Position numbers and translations under genes: made by a program
NCBI GenBank assembly: GCA_016932045.1
Contig: JAFGDO010000030.1
Location: 10,172-74,171, forward strand
Direction: 5' to 3'
From: Candidatus Dojkabacteria bacterium
GTDB lineage: Bacteria; Patescibacteriota; Dojkabacteria; JAHIVN01
Length of the DNA: 64,000 nt
The notes under the pieces: generated by a model
Told to the model about the DNA's origin: nothing
What the model saw: the letters and a program-made list of their open reading frames with translations, nothing else
The model's database searches: none
In this document: piece by piece, positions 1 through 8,257 of the stretch
Layout: each line of letters starts with the position of its first letter
How positions within the stretch are numbered: position 1 is the first letter of the stretch

Positions 1-312
1 GACAAAGCAATTCCAAAAATCCTCAAATCCGGAACAATATATGTCGGCTCAAGCGCCGGAAGTATGATTTGTGCTAAAACACAGTACTCAGCAGAATGGT
101 TTTTTGGAGAAGAAGAACCAGGCTGTTCTCTTATCCCAGGCCTTGGACTTATAGACTTCGAGATTTATCCGCACTATGAGGATGTACTGTTTGATAGAAT
201 TAAAAGGAAATGGAAAAAAGGAAAACTTTGTCTTCTAAAAAATGATGAAGCAGTTACAGTAGTAAATGATAAGATCAAAGTACTTGGAAAAGAAAGGTTT
301 ATAGAGAAATAA
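1..312 (+). CDS. peptidase S51 family (dipeptidase E / cyanophycinase-like), C-terminal part; 5-prime end lies outside window
   Basis: Frame is open from base 1 and in frame with the listed ORF 64..312. GSSAGSMI nucleophile motif and the following region are typical of S51 peptidases. Confidence 0.55.
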   Translation, partial: DKAIPKILKSGTIYVGSSAGSMICAKTQYSAEWFFGEEEPGCSLIPGLGLIDFEIYPHYEDVLFDRIKRKWKKGKLCLLKNDEAVTVVNDKIKVLGKERFIEK

Positions 313-330
313 CTTAATCTTAAATTCGAT

Positions 331-900
331 ATGAAAACCGCATTACTTTTACATGGCACTTGCGATAAGGAAGAATATTTTAGTGACAAATATCCATCGC
401 TTTCAAATAGCCACTGGTTTCCATGGCTGCAGAAACAGCTTTTAATGAGAGGAGTCTTCACTCAAACTCCAGAGATGCCTGACGCTTATAAACCTGATTA
501 TAAAAAGTGGAAGAGAGAGTTTGAAAGATTTGATGTTGATAAAGATACGATTCTTGTTGGACACAGCTGTGGTGGAGGCTTTCTTGTTCGTTACTTATCT
601 GAGCATAAATTAAAAATCAAAAAACTTATCCTTGTTGCTCCATGGATGGATCCAAATAATAAAAAGGCCGCATCCTTTTTCGACTTTACAATAGACCCAA
701 AACTCGAAGATCGTGCTAAAGAGATGTTTATCTTAGTATCCGAAGATGAGGAGGTCGATGGAGTCAAAGAGACAGTCGGAATTCTTTCTGAAAAATTTCA
801 CGAAGCAAGGCTTATACAATTTGATAAGATGGGCCACTTTACATTGGGCGAGATGAAAACAGATAAGTTCCCCGAACTGCTAAAGTTAATTCTGAAATAG
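331..900 (+). CDS. alpha/beta-hydrolase, YdeN/RBBP9-like serine hydrolase
   Basis: 189 aa; GHSCGG nucleophile elbow; length and layout fit the small serine-hydrolase fold family. Confidence 0.55.
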   Translation: MKTALLLHGTCDKEEYFSDKYPSLSNSHWFPWLQKQLLMRGVFTQTPEMPDAYKPDYKKWKREFERFDVDKDTILVGHSCGGGFLVRYLSEHKLKIKKLILVAPWMDPNNKKAASFFDFTIDPKLEDRAKEMFILVSEDEEVDGVKETVGILSEKFHEARLIQFDKMGHFTLGEMKTDKFPELLKLILK

Positions 901-1046
901 AATTTATTTAACCCAGATAAATATTACAACCTCATTCGGTGGAATTAAAAGATTGGTGTAGTTTACAAACCTACTCTTACAACGATCTTGCTAAAATTCC
1001 AACCCTATAATATAATCACTATGTAATCATTTATTATAATAAACAA

Positions 1047-1382
1047 ATGCCGGACCAAGATACAGCTGAACAAGCCACTCCTGAAGCGCGAGCTGAACAA
1101 TTTGCAAGTAAAATCAAAACTTGGCAAGATGTTTCTATCCAAGGTCAGCTTGGAGACGGAACTGTTGAAATTACTCAAAAGGCTCCATTCAGATTCCATG
1201 GTGATGTCGATCCTAGATATCTTCTAAAAATAGCTGACGACTCACTATTTATCTGGGCAGGAACCATAGGAGGAGAGACGATATCACAAGTTCTATCCGA
1301 AGGCTACCTTGTTGCTGAAGGATCATGCTACATGAGACTAACAACAGCTTATGAACCAGAAAACGAATGGATTTGGAGATAA
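1047..1382 (+). CDS. hypothetical 111-aa protein, paralog A of tandem duplicate; Lys-poor
   Basis: Complete ORF. About 70% identical to the 2000..2332 product, with identical N-terminus MPDQDTAEQATPE and conserved block LFIWAGT.GGETI.QVLSEGYLVAEGSCYM.LTTA. The 44-nt leader is duplicated. Confidence 0.55.
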   Translation: MPDQDTAEQATPEARAEQFASKIKTWQDVSIQGQLGDGTVEITQKAPFRFHGDVDPRYLLKIADDSLFIWAGTIGGETISQVLSEGYLVAEGSCYMRLTTAYEPENEWIWR

Positions 1383-1399
1383 CGATTCTTCCATTTTTA

Positions 1400-1861
1400 C
1401 TACCCTTTCATATCAAGTACACATCTCACAGCATCAGCTAACTCTGCTACCCTAAATGGTTTCTCAATAAATGCAACATTACTCTCCCCCTCAACCTGTT
1501 GTATATGTAACAACTTTTCTTTTACCGGGAGTAACATTTCACTACTCATCACAATCACCTTAGGCTTCGGCATTCCGTGCCGAGTGCAATGTTGAAATAA
1601 AGCTTCAACAAAATCAATTCCATTACGATACGGCATCATAACATCAGTTATGACAAGTCCCGGCATGCCTTTTTCCTGCCATTGTTCGATCAAACCTACG
1701 TTTCCACAATGTGTTGAAATATTTGTAAATCCCCCATAATCAGGTTTCATTAGCACCCTCACAACTACGTCAGAAATACTTGGTTCGTCGTCGATTACTG
1801 CAATGAGAGTTGTATTTCCTACTGTTTCTTTAGCTTCCTCTGATACTTGCTCTGTTGCCAT
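1400..1861 (-). CDS. stand-alone response-regulator receiver (CheY-like) domain protein, paralog A
   Basis: 153 aa. Acidic pocket IAVIDDEPS; candidate phospho-acceptor D in LVITDVMMP; later T/S (VIVMSS) and K (IEKPF) positions are receiver-like. No output domain. Confidence 0.6.
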   Translation of the reverse strand: MATEQVSEEAKETVGNTTLIAVIDDEPSISDVVVRVLMKPDYGGFTNISTHCGNVGLIEQWQEKGMPGLVITDVMMPYRNGIDFVEALFQHCTRHGMPKPKVIVMSSEMLLPVKEKLLHIQQVEGESNVAFIEKPFRVAELADAVRCVLDMKG

Positions 1862-1999
1862 AATTTTTAACTTTAAAAAATAATATAGTATTATAGCAGC
1901 ATAAGAGATAGTTTAAAAATACCGTAAGTTCTTAGCTACCTTGATAAAAACACAGTCCTATAATATAATCACTATGTAATCATTTATTATAATAAACAA

Positions 2000-2332
2000 A
2001 TGCCGGACCAAGATACAGCTGAACAAGCAACTCCTGAAGTGCGAGCTGAACAATTTGTAGCTCGACTCAAAGATTGGGAAGAAGTTTCCATTCAAGGACA
2101 ACTTGGAGACAGCACAGTTGATATAACAAGGAGAGCAGCATATAGTTTTAGAGGCAATTATGAACCACTATTTCTTCTGGAAACTGCTGACGGCTCATTA
2201 TTTATCTGGGCAGGAACCGTAGGAGAAGAGACGATACCACAAGTTCTATCCGAAGGCTACCTTGTTGCTGAGGGATCATGCTATATGCTACTAACAACTG
2301 CCTTTGAAGAAGACAACAACTGGATATGGTGA
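2000..2332 (+). CDS. hypothetical 110-aa protein, paralog B of tandem duplicate
   Basis: Same family as 1047..1382. Its upstream 44 nt are nearly identical to 1003..1046. Confidence 0.55.
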   Translation: MPDQDTAEQATPEVRAEQFVARLKDWEEVSIQGQLGDSTVDITRRAAYSFRGNYEPLFLLETADGSLFIWAGTVGEETIPQVLSEGYLVAEGSCYMLLTTAFEEDNNWIW

Positions 2333-2417
2333 TAAAGCCTACAGTCTTTCCTGACTAAGACCTTCTTCAAATATTTAGATTACAAATCCGAGAATTTAAA
2401 AATCTGGAAACCTACAC

Positions 2418-2870
2418 CTACTTCATCCCAAGCACACCTCTTACTGTTGCTAGAAGTTCTCTGTGTTGAAAAGGCAGTACAATATGCCCAACATTTTCAT
2501 GACCTTCTTGATCTTGTATTTTTGAAACGGCCTCTCTCATTGCAGGTGTACCTGCACTATCCAAAAAAATTATTTTCGGCTTTTGAACTCTTTGTGCTTC
2601 ACAGAAACTTAGTAACTCCTGAAGAAATTCCACCCCGCTACGTTGAGGCATCATCATATCTATAAATATAAGTCCCGGTAATCCTCCATCGTTACGCCAT
2701 TCTTCAATCAATCCGATATTACGTTCATGCTTAGTTACATTTGTAAATCCACCTTTTCGTAAAGCATGAGAAATAAGATCGGACATTTCAGGTTCATCGT
2801 TGACTATTGCTATATGCGTTGCCTGTTTTAATTTTTCTCCTGTCTCTTCTGGTTCTTGTTCTCCTGTCAT
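2418..2870 (-). CDS. stand-alone receiver-domain protein, paralog B
   Basis: 150 aa. Motifs IAIVNDEPE, LIFIDMMMP, KIIFLDSAG and a late K are receiver-like. Paralogous to 1400..1861. Confidence 0.6.
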   Translation of the reverse strand: MTGEQEPEETGEKLKQATHIAIVNDEPEMSDLISHALRKGGFTNVTKHERNIGLIEEWRNDGGLPGLIFIDMMMPQRSGVEFLQELLSFCEAQRVQKPKIIFLDSAGTPAMREAVSKIQDQEGHENVGHIVLPFQHRELLATVRGVLGMK

Positions 2871-2920
2871 TTTTTTTAAGTTTCAAAAGTAATATAACAT
2901 TATAGCAATATCACAATTGT

Positions 2921-3016
2921 GGTTGAAGGTTGAATCTTCAACCGGTGTGGTCTATTGTGATGAAAAGGTTAAACCTTTTCATAGCTCAAACAGGACAAGG
3001 GGCTTTTAGCCCCTTG
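2921..3016. repeat. cluster of three palindromic hairpins (REP-like): GGTTGAAG-n7-CTTCAACC followed by GTGTGGT; GAAAAGG-TTTAA-CCTTTTC; CAAGGGGC-TTTTA-GCCCCTTG
   Basis: Perfect 7-8 bp inverted repeats at 2921..2943, 2963..2981 and 2996..3016. Related copies are at 3481..3502, 3559..3581 and 28621..28645. Confidence 0.6.
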
Positions 3017-3045
3017 TTCAAATCACCTCATTATTGAATGGCTCT

Positions 3046-3390
3046 CTACCTGGCATCGCACTTCTCAAGATCATCAAACTTGTCCGCCGCTAGGATACAC
3101 TTTCCTTCTTTTCTGACATCCAGAAGACCTTTATTCTCTCTGCTCTTTTCTTCCTCTTCCACACAATCATCGACTGAACCAAAAATCTCTAGAACTAGTT
3201 GATCAGCCTGCTCGCTGTCTCCTCCCATCTCTTCCTTGTATTGCTCGACCATAAGGTCTCGGACCTTCTCGCAAACCTGTTGTGAACTTGGCGGAAGGAC
3301 AAAAACTTTAAGCATTACAAAACCAAGAAGCGGAAGCACCACGACTATAACTACAAGCACAACAATGATTATCTTTGTATTCTTTTTCAT
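3046..3390 (-). CDS. hypothetical small membrane-anchored acidic protein
   Basis: 114 aa with an N-terminal hydrophobic helix (IIIVVLVVIVVVLPLLGFVML) followed by an acidic domain. Flanked on both sides by hairpin repeat clusters. Confidence 0.4.
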   Translation of the reverse strand: MKKNTKIIIVVLVVIVVVLPLLGFVMLKVFVLPPSSQQVCEKVRDLMVEQYKEEMGGDSEQADQLVLEIFGSVDDCVEEEEKSRENKGLLDVRKEGKCILAADKFDDLEKCDAR

Positions 3391-3479
3391 AAATAAATTA
3401 GAAATAAAGTAATATTTATTATCAGTCTAAAGGATAGAATCTGTAATTGCAAGAATCTGCTGAAGTAGTTTTTCACTAA

Positions 3480-3581
3480 TGGTTGAAGTTGAACCTTCAA
3501 CCAGTGTGGTTACCGGTTCAGGAGTTGAACTCCCGAACTAAAAACCTATCCAACGATGGTCGAAGGTTTAACCTTTGACCA
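3480..3581. repeat. second cluster of palindromic REP-like hairpins
   Basis: 3481..3502 GGTTGAAG-n6-CTTCAACC followed by AGTGTGGT, as at 2921. 3521..3533 GGAGTTGAACTCC. 3559..3581 GGTCGAAGG-TTTAA-CCTTTGACC. Confidence 0.55.
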
Positions 3582-3734
3582 TACTAGCAAAATGTTGTGA
3601 CTTGTATCCTGTTATAAGAGGATCGGACCAACACTTGCGGTTTAACCTTTGCCTAGCTTCTGAAATTTATGCTGTGTAATTTAACAGTATATACCGTTAA
3701 ATTACTAGCATATTTAAACTTCTATAATAATAGC

Positions 3735-4046
3735 ATGTCGATAGATAGTGCCGAAACAAAAGAAGGAATAAAGTTATCTCGCGAGGGACAGGTCACACTA
3801 GGAGCCATAATAGCTAAACTTGCAGTAGTAATAGCAATGGTAACATCACCCGTTAAAGCCGAAGGACAACCTCGTCCGACACCAGGACCCCAAGGAACTC
3901 CTGAAGCTACACCAACGTTGACACATGTGCATCTACCATATATTGCAAATAATGCAGGTCCCTCTATTCCAATACCTACAATAAGACCGACTCCCGCAGC
4001 ACCCTCACCAACTCCTACTAGTCGCCCAACACCTAGTGCACCATAG
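3735..4046 (+). CDS. hypothetical Pro/Thr-rich small protein with one hydrophobic helix
   Basis: Listed ORF is 3669..4046. Met at 3735 (MSIDSAETKEG...) is the more plausible start. Low complexity PTPGPQGTPEATP...PTPSAP. Weak support. Confidence 0.3.
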   Translation: MSIDSAETKEGIKLSREGQVTLGAIIAKLAVVIAMVTSPVKAEGQPRPTPGPQGTPEATPTLTHVHLPYIANNAGPSIPIPTIRPTPAAPSPTPTSRPTPSAP

Positions 4047-4200
4047 AAATTAAAGAACTGTAAAGTTAAATCGAGTTTTTCCTTATATCAAAAATTCTAA
4101 TTTGCAATAACACTAATTATAGTCTAAAATAAGATTGTTCTAACTTCCGTTCTATACACAAACTTCGTACAAAAGAACATGTTATCTTATTCTGCCCGAG

Positions 4201-5286
4201 ATGAACCTTTATGAAAAAATTTCAACTCTTGGCCCGAGTGCACAATATGATACATGCGGCCCAAAAGACTTTGGTAAAACCACAAATATTCCTGGCGTCT
4301 ATCACGCAAAAGTAGGAGGAAACAACATATGCAGACTATTTAAAGTTCTTCAATCAAATAAATGCGTAAACAACTGCTACTATTGTGCTTTCAGACGTGA
4401 TCGTGATACTCCCAGGATAACTGCCTCCTCAGATGAGATGGCCGAGGCCTTTATCTCAGCCTTTTCACGCCGTTTAGTTGATGGTTTCTTTCTCTCTTCT
4501 GGAATCGATTCTCATCCTGATACAACCATGACAAGAGTCCTGGATACTGCTTCAATACTTAGAGAAAAATATCATTACAAAGGATATATACATCTAAAGG
4601 TTATGCCGGGGACTTCAGTGAGTTGCATTCAGGAGTCCATCAAAGTAGCTGATAGAATTTCATTAAATATTGAGTCTCCGACTGAGCAGGACCTTCTAGC
4701 ACTCACGCCAAATAAAAGTTTGAAATATGGATTCTTCACAACGCTCAATCTAATTAAAAGAGAAATCAAGAAGTTCCAATCCATTCACCTAAAAGCTCCA
4801 AGTCTGACAACACAGTTTGTAGTAGGAGCCGGTACAGAAAAAGACCTCGATCTTATCCGAATTACAAATCTTCTTTACAAGCGCTACGAGCTAAAACGTG
4901 TATTTTTCTCCGCTTTCCGACCTGTACCTGATACTCCGCTCGAAGAAAAAGAAGCTGTATCTTTGATACGAGAACATAGATTATACCAAGCTGATTTTTT
5001 GATGCGTTTTTATCATTTTTCACCACTAGACATTCCTCTTGATCAGGAAGGTTTCCTTTCTGAGATAATTGACCCGAAGATGCTCTGGGCACAAAGACAT
5101 CCTGAGTATTATCCTGTAAATATCAATAGTGCGAATTATTGGAAACTGCTAAGGGTCCCTGGGATCGGACCGGTTTCAGCTAAAAAAATCATCCAAATAC
5201 GAAAGCATGGACGCTTGAAGTCTTTTTATCGCCTTCAAGGTAACCGCCTGCAAATAAACAAACTCTCCAGCTTCATCTGTTTCTAA
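4201..5286 (+). CDS. putative DNA modification/repair radical SAM protein with C-terminal helix-hairpin-helix
   Basis: 361 aa. CVNNCYYC is a CX3CX2C radical-SAM motif near the N-terminus. The C-terminal LLRVPGIGPVSAKKIIQIRK is an HhH motif. The architecture matches the radical SAM protein usually paired with a UDG-like gene, which is absent here. Confidence 0.6.
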   Translation: MNLYEKISTLGPSAQYDTCGPKDFGKTTNIPGVYHAKVGGNNICRLFKVLQSNKCVNNCYYCAFRRDRDTPRITASSDEMAEAFISAFSRRLVDGFFLSSGIDSHPDTTMTRVLDTASILREKYHYKGYIHLKVMPGTSVSCIQESIKVADRISLNIESPTEQDLLALTPNKSLKYGFFTTLNLIKREIKKFQSIHLKAPSLTTQFVVGAGTEKDLDLIRITNLLYKRYELKRVFFSAFRPVPDTPLEEKEAVSLIREHRLYQADFLMRFYHFSPLDIPLDQEGFLSEIIDPKMLWAQRHPEYYPVNINSANYWKLLRVPGIGPVSAKKIIQIRKHGRLKSFYRLQGNRLQINKLSSFICF

Positions 5287-5395
5287 GTCGACTTCACAGA
5301 CCTTACCATAACCCCTATCCTAAACTAACTTCTTTTCCCTAACCTTAATACAATCTTTACAAAACCCCTACTCTATAGTATCTTAGGTTAAGGCT

Positions 5396-6886
5396 TTGAT
5401 TATTAAATTAATGAGAAAAAATTCTTCATCGAAATCCTCTCAAGATCAATATACTCGAAAGATTCTAGAATTTGATAAAAGGTACAATATCTCAAAATTC
5501 CTGAGTAAATTAATGCCTATCATTATTTTTGGTACGGGTGTTATCGTATTATTTGCAATATTATTGTTCCCACGAGGTTTTGACTTAAAACCACTACTTA
5601 AGTCACTTCCAGAAACAGGAGTCGGCGACTACTGTAAGGTGAATGAAGACTGCGATAATGATGAATTCTGTGAATTTAACATGTGTTGGAACATTTATAC
5701 CTGCTCATTCTCAGGTTATGTTGATGACAGATATCCACCATACTGTCTATATACCTATACTGAGTGTACATATGGTATATGCACTTTTCCTGCTGCAACT
5801 CCCGGGTGCGGGAATGTGTTCCGAGTTTGCGAAGATCTTGAAATAACCTGTAACTGCGGAGCCTGCTATAATGATGCAGGGTGCAATGATGGCAATAACT
5901 GTACTCTTGACAGCTGTGACATACGATTTGGAACTGCAGGTTATTGCCACTATGAAGACGCTTGTTCAGAGAATGAAATTTGCACAAATAACCAGTGCGT
6001 AAATAGATTTACTGATCCGAGCAATTGTGGATGGAACCCAGTTCAGTGCGCTCAAGGTGAAGTATGTATACGTGGACAATGCGTTCCAGATCCAAACTGT
6101 CAAGATACATGCTCAAGCCTAGGCTACCATTGCGGAAATCACACAATCTGTAGCAGAGAAGTGAATTGCGGTACTTGTCCTGGCGGATATTCATGTAATG
6201 CTTCGGGTATATGCGTTTTTACATGTAACGATACCTGTCAGTCACTTGGTCTTGATTGCGGGACACATATGATCTGCGGACAATCAACAACCTGCGGCTC
6301 ATGCCCCTCGGGTTATAGATGCAACTCCGCAAGTAAATGTGAAAGGGTTCAAACATGTAGTGACAGCTGTTCTAGTTTAAGCAAGGAGTGTGGAAATCAT
6401 AAAGTTTGCGATCAAGTAAGAAATTGTGGCACTTGTCCAGACGGAGAGGTCTGCAATAGCTACGGAGCATGTGTAAAAGAGGCTCAATGCCGTGATACGT
6501 GTGAATCCTTAAATGCAGAATGTGGCGAACGCATGATATGCGATAAACTTGTAAATTGTGGAGAGTGCGACAAAGATGAAGTTTGTAATGCTGAGGGGAC
6601 TTGTGAAAAAAAGAAAGATAAATGCGACGACACATGTGAATCACTAGGGTATGAATGTGGAGTTCATGAAGTTTGTGATGTTCTTACTCACTGCGGTTAC
6701 TGCGATGAGGAAGGAAATAAAATTCTAGGTGAAAGTGAGGAAAAGACGGAAATAAGCAGCGAGGATAAAAGCAATCTATTCATTATAATCGTTTGCTTCG
6801 CCTCAAGTTTCATGACTTTCTTAAGTCTTCTTGCTTTGTTTATTTACTATAAAAAGAGGAAGAAAGACAAAGACATAGTTACATAG
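5396..6886 (+). CDS. cysteine-rich repeat surface protein with N-terminal signal-anchor and C-terminal TM plus basic tail
   Basis: 496 aa. About nine tandem units of roughly 40 aa of the form DTC.SLG..CG.H..C.....CG.CP.G..CN..G.C, six Cys each. N-terminal TM at about aa 40-60. C-terminal hydrophobic stretch followed by KKRKKDKD. Confidence 0.55.
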   Translation: MIIKLMRKNSSSKSSQDQYTRKILEFDKRYNISKFLSKLMPIIIFGTGVIVLFAILLFPRGFDLKPLLKSLPETGVGDYCKVNEDCDNDEFCEFNMCWNIYTCSFSGYVDDRYPPYCLYTYTECTYGICTFPAATPGCGNVFRVCEDLEITCNCGACYNDAGCNDGNNCTLDSCDIRFGTAGYCHYEDACSENEICTNNQCVNRFTDPSNCGWNPVQCAQGEVCIRGQCVPDPNCQDTCSSLGYHCGNHTICSREVNCGTCPGGYSCNASGICVFTCNDTCQSLGLDCGTHMICGQSTTCGSCPSGYRCNSASKCERVQTCSDSCSSLSKECGNHKVCDQVRNCGTCPDGEVCNSYGACVKEAQCRDTCESLNAECGERMICDKLVNCGECDKDEVCNAEGTCEKKKDKCDDTCESLGYECGVHEVCDVLTHCGYCDEEGNKILGESEEKTEISSEDKSNLFIIIVCFASSFMTFLSLLALFIYYKKRKKDKDIVT

Positions 6887-6996
6887 TTTCCGCCCTAGGC
6901 GGACCCGTCTCGGGAGGGAGATAGCTAGATAGTCGGATAGTTAATTGTGAATTTTAATTCTTAATTATGAATTGAAGATTGTAGATTTTAAATTGA
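6874..6996 (-). repeat. composite dispersed intergenic element, copy a (AT-rich AATCTACAAT module plus GC-rich double-hairpin module ending GGAAACTATG)
   Basis: Shares a 27-nt AT module and a roughly 65-nt GC module with 29354..29500 and, in inverted orientation, 22227..22346. Overlaps the stop codon of 5396..6886. Confidence 0.6.
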
Positions 6997-8184
6997 TCAG
7001 CTAATCTTCACGACATCCTTCCCAAACTTCATCTTATACTTCACTCTTTGATAGACAAATACCACAATCCTATCAAGCAAGATTGCTCCGACAAGTAACC
7101 CGACAAAAAATAAAACACTTTCAGCCGTTAACTCCGGAACTCTATTTGCAGATATATAACTAATCGTTCCAGCTAACGCTCCAAAAGTTGTGACAAGCCT
7201 GAGTGATTTGAGTCCGGTATCGGTAGTTTGACTTTGAAGCTCAACAATTATACCGATTGCAGAGTCAAGATACTCACGTGTCATTGCCCAAATCTCTTTT
7301 ATATAGTCTAGTGTATTTGTAAGAGTTTCGAACTTGTACTGAAATAAAGTAGAAAGATCCTCTCGGATATTTATATACTTAGCGATAGAAGCCCGTGTAC
7401 GGACATAACTTCCCATCTGATTTATCCTTCTACTTATAAGCGTTACTGTCTTGGAGTATGAGTCCAGTTTTGCTCTGACCTTTGGAATATCGATACCTTT
7501 TATATTTTTCATCTTTTTAATAAATGCTATTTCTTCCCACAAAGCCCTGTGTATTTGAAGATACTTCTCAAGATGATCCTTAAATTCTCTAAAGAAAATC
7601 TGCATCTCATTCAAGTCGCTGACTTGCTTGTAACGCCCCTTTGATGCAACTACAAAAATATATTCTGGTGTCTTGTAAACTGTAATATCATTAGATGTAA
7701 TTTGTGAATAAATTTCGCCAAACCTTTTTCTATCTATCACATAATTCTTATGTTGATCCGACCGCACGCCAATAACGAATGGATGGACTGTTTTTATATT
7801 GGCAAGAATCTTCGGTGTTGGGGCTCCTAGAGAAAATATATAGTTTATGGCAGGCTCAAAGAAATTCTGAAAATAATCTTCGAGAGTTTTGCAGGCTCTC
7901 TCTATATCACTCGCATCCAGCTCTAAAACATACAAACCATCTTCATAGTATCGTATTTCAATGCCCTCACTTGTCACAGCCTGGACATACTCCAAGTGAC
8001 CAGCTTCTCTTTTTACATCTTTAATCTTCAGTTCGCGATGAAATCTTTCAAGTTTGCTACGGGATAATTTCAGATATGATCTCCCTTTTGCTAAAAAAAG
8101 GTAAATTTCACTTAAGTGTATAGTAGTTCTCTGATACCATCCTCCATAAGTAATAGTATATTTTTGTTTCTCGGTTCCTGCCAT
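6997..8184 (-). CDS. hypothetical protein, large soluble N-domain plus two C-terminal TM helices (CorA-like topology, no GMN motif)
   Basis: 395 aa complete ORF. Hydrophobic pairs LVTTFGALAGTISYI and VLFFVGLLVGAILL at the C-terminus. No recognisable catalytic motif. Confidence 0.45.
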   Translation of the reverse strand: MAGTEKQKYTITYGGWYQRTTIHLSEIYLFLAKGRSYLKLSRSKLERFHRELKIKDVKREAGHLEYVQAVTSEGIEIRYYEDGLYVLELDASDIERACKTLEDYFQNFFEPAINYIFSLGAPTPKILANIKTVHPFVIGVRSDQHKNYVIDRKRFGEIYSQITSNDITVYKTPEYIFVVASKGRYKQVSDLNEMQIFFREFKDHLEKYLQIHRALWEEIAFIKKMKNIKGIDIPKVRAKLDSYSKTVTLISRRINQMGSYVRTRASIAKYINIREDLSTLFQYKFETLTNTLDYIKEIWAMTREYLDSAIGIIVELQSQTTDTGLKSLRLVTTFGALAGTISYISANRVPELTAESVLFFVGLLVGAILLDRIVVFVYQRVKYKMKFGKDVVKIS

Positions 8185-8257
8185 ATTTTATTATTGATAT
8201 AAACCTTCTTTTAATATACCAGATCAAGTTGAAGCTGGGAAATGTAACTACTAAAAA

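Noticed and set aside
174-461. 95-aa minus-strand ORF overlapping the S51 peptidase and hydrolase genes
   Set aside because: It is antisense to two well-supported genes and its translation is low-complexity Ser/Phe-rich. Likely spurious.
5643-6644. Several 60-100-aa ORFs on both strands inside the Cys-rich repeat gene
   Set aside because: They are generated by the repetitive TG(C/T)-rich coding sequence and have no independent support.
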